From Candidatus Saccharimonadales bacterium (GTDB lineage Bacteria; Patescibacteriota; Saccharimonadia; Saccharimonadales; 2-12-FULL-41-12): a stretch of DNA of 64,000 bases. Shown here in pieces: positions 57,541 to 64,000 of the stretch. The DNA lies in assembly GCA_025451045.1 (NCBI GenBank), contig JANWLD010000001.1, positions 407,468 through 471,467 of the forward strand. Direction: 5' to 3'. Within the stretch, counting starts at the first letter, position 1; the number at the start of each line of letters is the position of its first letter. Below the pieces are notes generated by a model. It saw only the letters and a program-made list of their open reading frames with translations. It made no database searches and was not told where the DNA came from. The translations under genes and the position numbers were made by a program.

Positions 57541-58384
57541 GATCATACCGTGCATGGACATCAAAGACGGCCGGGTGGTCAAGGGCACCCATTTCAAAGA
57601 TTTGGTTGATAGCGGCGATCCGCTAGAGCTTGCTAAGAAATATGCTGACCAAGGCGCCGATGAGCTAGTACTTCTGGATATCGTCGCTACTGTCGAGGAG
57701 CGCAAAAATCGGGCCGGATTGGTCCGGGCTGTTGCCGAGGCCATTGCCATTCCTTTTAGCGTTGGCGGCGGCGTAAGCGAGCTATCCCACATCAACGAAC
57801 TTTTAAATGCCGGGGCAGATAAAGTATCTATCGGCTCGGCCGCAGTGACTGATGCGGGCTTTGTTAAAAAAGCCTGTGACAGATTCGGCTCCCAAGCGAT
57901 AATTATCTCCCTTGACCCGAAAAGAGTTATTGATAGCGGCAATCCATTTGCTTCAACAGAGCGCTCTACAGGTGAGCCTACGGCTCAGCCTGTGGCGCTA
58001 GCAGACTCAATTGAAACAAACAGATTACCGCTTTTAAAGTGGGATGTTTATATAAAAGGCGGCCGTGAAAATACCGGAGTTGATGTGATAGAATTTGCCA
58101 AAAAAATGGAAAAATTGGGCGTAGGCGAACTTTTAGTCAATAGCCTTGACCGCGACGGTACTAAAAAAGGCTTTGACATAGAGCTTTTAGATAAAATATC
58201 AAAATCTGTGAATATTCCGGTGATTGCCAGTAGTGGTGCCGGCAGGATCGATGATTTTGTGGAAGTCTTTAAAAGAACCGGTGTCACGGCGGCATTGGGC
58301 GCGTCTGTGTTTCACGGGCGGCAATTTACAGTTGGGGACGTAAAGGCTAGACTAAAACTAGAGGGAATAGAGGTCAGACAATGA
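57527..58384 (+). CDS. hisF: imidazole glycerol phosphate synthase, cyclase subunit
   Basis: RIIPCMDIKDGRVVKG, DRDGTKKGFD and ASSGAG motifs. It has a loop about 30 aa longer than compact HisF proteins. Confidence 0.9.
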   Translation: MLANRIIPCMDIKDGRVVKGTHFKDLVDSGDPLELAKKYADQGADELVLLDIVATVEERKNRAGLVRAVAEAIAIPFSVGGGVSELSHINELLNAGADKVSIGSAAVTDAGFVKKACDRFGSQAIIISLDPKRVIDSGNPFASTERSTGEPTAQPVALADSIETNRLPLLKWDVYIKGGRENTGVDVIEFAKKMEKLGVGELLVNSLDRDGTKKGFDIELLDKISKSVNIPVIASSGAGRIDDFVEVFKRTGVTAALGASVFHGRQFTVGDVKARLKLEGIEVRQ

Positions 58385-58710
58385 GCCAAAAAACGAATAA
58401 ATTGGATTTTGCTAAAAACGGCGGATTGGTACCGGCAATTATCCAGGACAACGAATCCGACATGGTTTATATGCTGGGATACATGAACGAGGAAGCGTAC
58501 GCCAAAACTAAACAGTCTGACTGGGTACATTTCTGGAGCCGCAGTAAAAACCGAATTTGGATGAAGGGCGAAGAGTCCGGCAACAAACTAAAAGTCGTTT
58601 CTATATTTGAAGATTGCGACCAAGACACATTGCTTATAAAAGTAAAACTACACGGCGAAGCGGTTTGCCATACCGGACATCTGAGTTGTTTTTATGAAGA
58701 AATTAAATAA
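58381..58710 (+). CDS. hisI: phosphoribosyl-AMP cyclohydrolase
   Basis: GLVPAIIQD, WSRSKNRIWMKGEESGN and DCDQDTLL...CHTG motifs. Confidence 0.9.
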   Translation: MSQKTNKLDFAKNGGLVPAIIQDNESDMVYMLGYMNEEAYAKTKQSDWVHFWSRSKNRIWMKGEESGNKLKVVSIFEDCDQDTLLIKVKLHGEAVCHTGHLSCFYEEIK

Positions 58711-58719
58711 GGAGAAAGC

Positions 58720-58995
58720 ATGACATTGGACGAACTGTATAACCTAATTGAAGATAGAAAAAAGAATAAACCAACAGGCTCATATGTGGCATCTTTGTTT
58801 GAAGAAGGGCAAGACCGCATAACCCAGAAAGTCGGCGAAGAAGCGGTTGAAGTAGTGATTGCCGCTAACAGAGGCCAAAAAACCGAACTCGTAGCGGAAA
58901 TGGCCGACCTTTGGTTCCACTGCTTGATTTTATTATCATCCGCAGGTATTAAGCCCGAAGAAGTATTGGCTGAACTCGAAAAACGCAAGAAGTAA
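58720..58995 (+). CDS. hisE: phosphoribosyl-ATP pyrophosphatase
   Basis: SYVASLFEEG...KVGEEAVEVVIA...ELVAEMADLWFHCLILL (MazG-like HisE). Confidence 0.9.
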   Translation: MTLDELYNLIEDRKKNKPTGSYVASLFEEGQDRITQKVGEEAVEVVIAANRGQKTELVAEMADLWFHCLILLSSAGIKPEEVLAELEKRKK

Positions 58996-59034
58996 CACTG
59001 GTTTATCTGAGCCCATCTGTTATACTGGTTTGCT

Positions 59035-60321
59035 ATGCAAACGAGTATAACTAAGATTTCTGAGACTAAAGTAAAGTTGGTTATCAAAGCTACGGCGGAA
59101 GAGTTGTTGCCTGCCAAAAATAAAGTCTTGGCCAAACTCGGCAAAGAAGTTAAGCTAGCCGGTTTTAGAGCTGGCAAAGCTCCGCTGGAACTTCTTGAAA
59201 AAAACATCGACCAAAACCGACTGCAAACTGAATTTTTGGACGAAGCCATGACCGCGCTTTATACCCAAGCCGCTGAAGCTGAAAAAATCCGGCCGGTTGC
59301 CGGGCCGCAGGTAACGGTCAAAAAATTTGTGCCGTTCACTACGCTCGAATTTGAAATCACTACAGATGTTGTCGGAAAGATAAAATTAGCTAATTATAAG
59401 AGTATAAAGCTTGCCAAAACCAAGCCGGAAGTGGCAGCCAAAGACGTAAACGGCGTTTTAGATTCGCTAAAGCTCCGGCTGGCTGAGAAGACTGACGTGG
59501 ACCGGGCCGCTAAAGCCGACGACGAAGCGTTAATAGATTTCAAGGGCGTGGACGACAAAGGCGCGCCGATAAACGGCGCGGACGGCAAAGATTATCCGCT
59601 AGTTCTTGGCAGTAACAAATTCATACCGGGCTTTGAGGACAACCTAATCGGGCTTAAAGCAGGCGATGAAAAGACATTTGAACTGACTTTTCCAAAAGAT
59701 TACGGCGTAAAGGCTCTGGCGAATAAAAAGGTCAAATTTAGCGTTAACGTCAAGAAAATCCAGGAAATGAGCGAACCAAAGCTGGATGATGCTTTCGCGG
59801 CTAAAGTCGGTCCTTTCAAAACGCTCAAAGACCTCAAAGACGATATCAAAAAACAGCTTCTCACTGAAAAGCAAAGCGAAGTTAATCGAGATTTTGCAAA
59901 TAATCTGATAGAAAAAATTATCGATAAAAGCATATTGTCCCTACCGGATTCAATGATTGAACATCAGGCCGAACATAATTTTGAAGAGTTGAAGCGCAAT
60001 CTTGTTTATCGCGGGCAGACCCTTCAGGAGTTCTTGCAAGCCGAAGGTACCACCGAAGAAAAGTATAAAAAAGACATTCTATGGCCGCAGGCCGAAAAAC
60101 AAGTAAAAGGCAGCTTGGTTTTAGCTGAAATCGCTGAAGCCGAAGTGATATCGGTTACACCGGAGGAATTGGAAATCCGCCTCCAGATATTAAAGGGGCA
60201 GTACAAAGATCCGCAGATGCAGGCCGAACTTGATAAACCCGAATCCCGCCAGGATATCGCGTCTCGAATGCTTACCGAAAAAGTGCTTATAAAACTAGAA
60301 TCTTACACAGCCATACATTAG
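59035..60321 (+). CDS. tig: trigger factor
   Basis: N-terminal ribosome-binding GFRAGKAP motif, central FKBP domain and a C-terminal helical domain. Confidence 0.9.
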   Translation: MQTSITKISETKVKLVIKATAEELLPAKNKVLAKLGKEVKLAGFRAGKAPLELLEKNIDQNRLQTEFLDEAMTALYTQAAEAEKIRPVAGPQVTVKKFVPFTTLEFEITTDVVGKIKLANYKSIKLAKTKPEVAAKDVNGVLDSLKLRLAEKTDVDRAAKADDEALIDFKGVDDKGAPINGADGKDYPLVLGSNKFIPGFEDNLIGLKAGDEKTFELTFPKDYGVKALANKKVKFSVNVKKIQEMSEPKLDDAFAAKVGPFKTLKDLKDDIKKQLLTEKQSEVNRDFANNLIEKIIDKSILSLPDSMIEHQAEHNFEELKRNLVYRGQTLQEFLQAEGTTEEKYKKDILWPQAEKQVKGSLVLAEIAEAEVISVTPEELEIRLQILKGQYKDPQMQAELDKPESRQDIASRMLTEKVLIKLESYTAIH

Positions 60322-60377
60322 TTTAGACAAAAATATAAATATATGGTAATATAGGTTAGGTAAATTAATAAAATATC

Positions 60378-60731
60378 ATGGACGATTCACCTTCCCCGGA
60401 ACAAGATCCATTCCATCGCAGTATTAGGCTGCTTCACATTTGCCCTAAGTGTGACAGTAAATTAGTACAGCCGGAAAAATGGGAGCCTGCAGGTAGTAGT
60501 AAGGGTAGCTGGCAGATATGGCTAAGGTGTCCGGATTGTGAACATAGGACCGAAGGCGTGTTCGGCGCAGAGGTCATTGATGCCTACGACGAAGAGTTGG
60601 ATGATGGTACCGCCGAGCTTAACTACGTGCTAAAAGACCTTGAGAGGAAAAGTATGACTAACCTTGTTGAGGTTTTTGCGGTAGCTCTTGAAACAGACTT
60701 GATTCAGGCGGATGACTTTCGGCCTCGTTAA
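60378..60731 (+). CDS. hypothetical C4 zinc-ribbon protein (117 aa)
   Basis: CPKC...(26 aa)...CPDC followed by an acidic C-terminal half. Confidence 0.5.
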   Translation: MDDSPSPEQDPFHRSIRLLHICPKCDSKLVQPEKWEPAGSSKGSWQIWLRCPDCEHRTEGVFGAEVIDAYDEELDDGTAELNYVLKDLERKSMTNLVEVFAVALETDLIQADDFRPR

Positions 60732-60843
60732 AATTTATTTGACAGGACAGAGTACTTTTAAGTATAAAAGACAGCCAATGGCAATAGGAGAAATCGAAAA
60801 ACAAGACGGACACAGAAAAGTGGAAGTTGTCCGATAATTAATC

Positions 60844-61185
60844 ATGAAACTTGGTAAAACTAGCGAAACCGAATCAGGGCACAGATGTTTTTCGGTAAAT
60901 GCCGATAAAGGCATGGAGTTTGTTGGAGTCAACCTTGAAGGTATTAAAGTTACGACTGACTCTATTACTTTATCCGGCCGGGCTATCGGCCACCCGCCAA
61001 AAACCGCAAACATTGACACCCGCCAGGTTGGTCGGATAACCCGCAAAGCTCTTGAAGGATGGCTCAAGCAAGTGCCAAATAACGAATTGCATGTCTCAGA
61101 AGACGTAATCGTCGATTTGGGTAACGGCCATTATATCTGCGGCTCAGGCGACGGTTCCCTGCACGAAGCTCCAAAAGCCGATTAG
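60844..61185 (+). CDS. hypothetical protein (113 aa)
   Basis: ORF whose TAG stop (61183-61185) lies inside the left arm of the clpP CIRCE. No motif recognised. Confidence 0.4.
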   Translation: MKLGKTSETESGHRCFSVNADKGMEFVGVNLEGIKVTTDSITLSGRAIGHPPKTANIDTRQVGRITRKALEGWLKQVPNNELHVSEDVIVDLGNGHYICGSGDGSLHEAPKAD

Positions 61186-61208
61186 CACTCAACCTTGACG
61201 AGTGCTAA
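61182..61208. promoter_or_regulatory. CIRCE operator (HrcA binding site) upstream of clpP
   Basis: TTAGCACTC-AACCTTGAC-GAGTGCTAA is a perfect consensus. TTGACG (61195-61200), a 17-nt gap and TAAAAT (61218-61223) place the TSS at about the clpP ATG. Confidence 0.85.
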
Positions 61209-61230
61209 TTCGTTATATAAAATAAAGAAC

Positions 61231-61860
61231 ATGAGTGAACCGAAAAAATCTATTCTTATCCCGACCGTTATTGAGCAGGAAGGTCGGGTTGAGCGGGCTT
61301 ATGATATCTATAGCCGCCTGCTGAAAGACAATATTATTTTCCTCGGCACCGATGTAAACGAGCATACAGCTAATTTGGTTGTCGCCCAGTTGTTGTTTTT
61401 GGCTAATGAAAACCCGAATAAAGACATCAAGCTTTATATCAATAGTCCCGGCGGCAGTGTTTATGACGCCTTGGCGATTTATGACACTATGCAGTTTGTT
61501 AAAAATGACATCCAGACTGTCGGTATCGGTATCCAGGCCAGCGCGGCGGCATTTTTGCTAAGCAGCGGCACAAAGGGTAAACGCTCAATCTTGGAACACG
61601 CCTCGGTGATGATACACCAGCCGTCCAGCGGTACCCGTGGTAAAGTCACCGACCAGGAAATCGATTTGCGTGAAGCTCTTCGAGTTAAAAAACTGCTTGA
61701 AGAAATAATGGCCAAAAACACCGGCCAAAAACCTGACAAGATTCACCATGATATGGAACGCGACCTTTGGATGACAGCCGATGAGGCCAAGAAGTATGGC
61801 CTTGTCGACGAAATCATCACCACGAGCCCAGCAGCACGGCCAAAAACCTCCAAAAAATAA
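61231..61860 (+). CDS. clpP: ATP-dependent Clp protease proteolytic subunit
   Basis: Start moved to ATG 61231. [21 protein letters not shown], a [11 protein letters not shown] Ser site and MIHQP are present. Confidence 0.9.
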   Translation: MSEPKKSILIPTVIEQEGRVERAYDIYSRLLKDNIIFLGTDVNEHTANLVVAQLLFLANENPNKDIKLYINSPGGSVYDALAIYDTMQFVKNDIQTVGIGIQASAAAFLLSSGTKGKRSILEHASVMIHQPSSGTRGKVTDQEIDLREALRVKKLLEEIMAKNTGQKPDKIHHDMERDLWMTADEAKKYGLVDEIITTSPAARPKTSKK

Positions 61861-61940
61861 TCCATTTACAATAAAATCCTTACGCTTGCAAACAGACTGT
61901 CTTGATGATATTGTCGGAAGAATTAAGGAGTAATTATTTA

Positions 61941-63374
61941 ATGGCAGATTTAAACCCTGGTGAAGTTTTAGAACGTTTTAGAGAAGATTTGGACAGAGTA
62001 CACCAGGTCGAAGATAGTTGCGGCACAATCGAAGCGGATGCGCTAAATGCTGCTAGTGCTGCTTCCGAATTTGCTGAAAGTGCTAAAAGTATAATGGATA
62101 GCGCTACGAGAGATACGGAATCCGTTGTAAAACCGGCATTAGCAGCTATAGAAGAAGCTGCTGGCCGAAATCCCAGTAGCGATGAAGCGATAAGGGCTAT
62201 CATGTCCGTCAAAGGCAAGACAGATGAAGAGATAGAAGCCCATTTTGAGCATTTCGAGGCAACCAGTGAAGAAGAACAGCCGGTAATCGTCATAGGCGGC
62301 AGCGAGAAAGGACTTGGACTTGAAGGACTAATATCAGTTACTTATGGGCGCACAGCTACCAAAAACGAAATCAGATCTTTTCTCAAGACCTATACGGGTC
62401 ACGGAACGCATGTTGATAGCAGGAAAAGGGGGCTAGGGGAGCGTTATATTGGTATACTGGCGAAATCCCAAAGGGCATTCTCAGTCAGTACATCAGATGA
62501 GTATCCTATTGATTTATTTGCGGATCAACCAACTGCTGAGAGATTTTCTTTGATTTCAGCAAATTCTAATATGGCTGCCCATCCTTTTGAAGAGATACAT
62601 TTTGCTGGAAATGCGGTAGAGGTCAGAGATATGACTGAATCAATAGTAGGCGCTTATAGGAAACCGTCTGTAGCGGATGCTATGGCAGTCCAAAGTCTTG
62701 GCCTTCCAACCATGGTGGCATATGGAGAAGATGCCGTTTTAGAACTTTCGGCAAGAATAGGCGAAACAAATCCTCAGAGCAGAATTCTTGCCAGACGATG
62801 CATAGAAGGACTTGGCATAGACATGGAATATATTGCCGATGAGTTACCTGATGAAGACATTCCTAATCTATCTGAAAAGATAGTTTCAGACTTTGGTAAC
62901 CATTTGTTCGTAAAGTTTGACGAAGCTTTAACCGAGTTTTTGCGCCATGGCGGAACTCCCGCTGCTGATCATATTAGAACGTTGGCTTTTTTGGCTCCTA
63001 TGCAAAAGGCGATAGGTTATGCGCCGCCTACTGTACTTGATAAAATGGTTGGAGAATTGTCATCTCAAATAAACGTGAACTATTCTTTTGTAGAAGGTGT
63101 AGAAGTGACGGTTGCGGCAGTTAAGCCTTTGTCACCAACTGAAGCATCGGAGACTAAGTCAGTAAAAAGTGAATTGGAAAAGTTAATGGATAGAATGGAA
63201 GAATTAGGTATAGCCTATGTCCCTAAAGATGGCCTTGATATGGAAATGTTAGCAAGAAGGGTAGAAAGACCAGCAGTAAGAAAAGAGCTGGCAAATACAT
63301 CAAAAATACACTTTGCGAAAAGAGATGATCTTAAGGTATGTGTACGAGCCTTAACTCAAGAAGACCAAAATTAA
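61941..63374 (+). CDS. hypothetical acidic protein (477 aa)
   Basis: Start moved to ATG 61941 (SD AAGGAG at 61925-61930). No P-loop or other recognisable motif. Confidence 0.6.
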   Translation: MADLNPGEVLERFREDLDRVHQVEDSCGTIEADALNAASAASEFAESAKSIMDSATRDTESVVKPALAAIEEAAGRNPSSDEAIRAIMSVKGKTDEEIEAHFEHFEATSEEEQPVIVIGGSEKGLGLEGLISVTYGRTATKNEIRSFLKTYTGHGTHVDSRKRGLGERYIGILAKSQRAFSVSTSDEYPIDLFADQPTAERFSLISANSNMAAHPFEEIHFAGNAVEVRDMTESIVGAYRKPSVADAMAVQSLGLPTMVAYGEDAVLELSARIGETNPQSRILARRCIEGLGIDMEYIADELPDEDIPNLSEKIVSDFGNHLFVKFDEALTEFLRHGGTPAADHIRTLAFLAPMQKAIGYAPPTVLDKMVGELSSQINVNYSFVEGVEVTVAAVKPLSPTEASETKSVKSELEKLMDRMEELGIAYVPKDGLDMEMLARRVERPAVRKELANTSKIHFAKRDDLKVCVRALTQEDQN

Positions 63375-63527
63375 AGAATAATATTGAGACCTATGTTGCA
63401 ATGTAGTTGACACTTTGAATTTAGTGATATAAACTATAATTTAAGAAGTAGTGGTCGGCACTGTTGTATTGGCTCAAAATTTAAGACAATTTCACAACAC
63501 TGCACGCAGTAATCTTCGCGCGCTAAC

Positions 63528-63605
63528 CCTGTAGTGAGCTCTCTCTAGCATCGTACATAACGATGCATAATCTGCCAAAGGCAGATGAGAGAGATCTACT
63601 ACGGG
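63528..63605 (+). repeat. GTAGTGAGC-type palindromic element, copy 3
   Basis: CCTGTAGTGAGCTCTCTC ... GAGAGAGATCTACTACGGG with two internal hairpins. Flanked by GCTAAC at 63522-63527 and 63606-63611. Confidence 0.75.
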
Positions 63606-63715
63606 GCTAACAGATTAAACTAATGAAAAGCTAAAGCGTATTAAAGTACTGATACGTTTGCTAATTTTATAAAACATAAAATCTAAGTTCATAAGGGAGC
63701 AACACTACAAGTTCT

Positions 63716-64000
63716 ATGGCAAAGACCTCAACCTCAAGTAAGAAGACAAATACTAATAACAACAATCGAGTTTATTTCAGCGATACTAACCATAGCGTTG
63801 ATTTGCCTAATTTGGTCGACCACCAGAACCGTTCTTGGCAATGGTTCGTCGACGAAGGTTTGGGCGAATTACTGGCTGAAATCAGTCCGATTGATGATTA
63901 TACCGGCACAAAGCTAAGCCTTAAATTCAAAAAATATCACTTCGAAAAGCCAAAAATGAGCGAAGATGAAGCCCGCGAGAACAACGTCAGTTATGAGGCG
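63716..64000 (+). CDS. rpoB: DNA-directed RNA polymerase subunit beta, 3' end cut by window edge
   Basis: ATG 63716 (SD AAGGGAG) opens a frame that runs to the window end. The sequence ...LPNLVDHQNRSWQWFVDEGLGELLAEISPIDDYTG... is a typical RpoB N-terminus. It is absent from the ORF track because no stop falls in the window. Confidence 0.85.
   Translation, partial: MAKTSTSSKKTNTNNNNRVYFSDTNHSVDLPNLVDHQNRSWQWFVDEGLGELLAEISPIDDYTGTKLSLKFKKYHFEKPKMSEDEARENNVSYEA

Noticed and set aside
57900-58010. Loop of about 30 aa in HisF as an unusual insertion
   Set aside because: HisF proteins from other bacteria (e.g. enterics) also carry extended loops at this position, so it is not distinctive without an alignment.
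61941-63374. ORF downstream of clpP as a divergent ClpX
   Set aside because: It has no Walker A/B, no zinc-binding N-domain and no AAA+ pattern. It is acidic and unrelated in appearance.
1-64000. CRISPR arrays, IS transposases, integrases, prophage or known defence-system genes
   Set aside because: None was seen. The only repeats are the short palindromic elements reported above. No direct-repeat/spacer periodicity and no transposase-like or integrase-like ORF was found.

Overview
Dense, mostly housekeeping window of about 60 protein genes. It probably comes from a small-genome Patescibacteria/CPR-like bacterium; that is an inference from gene content only (split transketolase, type IV pilus genes, K/E-rich tails on L19 and NusA). 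TGA is used as a stop, so the code is standard.

Gene content in order:
- pheT (5' partial).
- A thiol/redox cluster: FKBP, glutaredoxin-like protein, trxB, membrane cupredoxin, FNR-like reductase.
- GDPD.
- A central-carbon cluster: ppa, gap, rpiB, rpe-like, split tkt, fba, pfkB-type kinase.
- uvrB, then gatC-gatA-[membrane ORF]-gatB, galU, dnaE, pilB, rplS, rnhB, yraN, pepN, nusA.
- clpC-[HExxH ORF]-radA-PIN/TRAM, PBP1A, tyrS, recG, rsmD, a FemAB-family gene.
- tRNA-Leu(UAG), hisS-hisG-hisH-hisA-hisF-hisI-hisE, tig, clpP, rpoB (3' partial).
- About ten ORFs have no assignable function.

No CRISPR array, transposase, integrase or recognisable defence genes were seen. The most interesting signals are non-coding:
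1. A family of short palindromic elements with conserved termini (CCYGTAGTGAGC ... TCTACTACGGG), unrelated interiors and 5-6 bp flanking direct repeats. One copy splits an ancestral ATGA gene overlap.
2. An intact tRNA-Leu nested inside the remains of a second tRNA-Leu-like gene.
3. A near-consensus promoter, a 20-codon leaderless ORF containing His-His-Ile-His, and an intrinsic terminator. Together they look like a leader-peptide attenuator in front of hisS and a his operon that stops at imidazole-glycerol-phosphate/AICAR.
4. Two perfect CIRCE (HrcA) operators in front of clpC and clpP, each with the -35 box in the operator spacer.
5. A recurrent -10 box placed 6-8 nt before the start codon, suggesting widespread leaderless transcripts.

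All functional calls rest on motif recognition by eye in the supplied translations. No database search was run.
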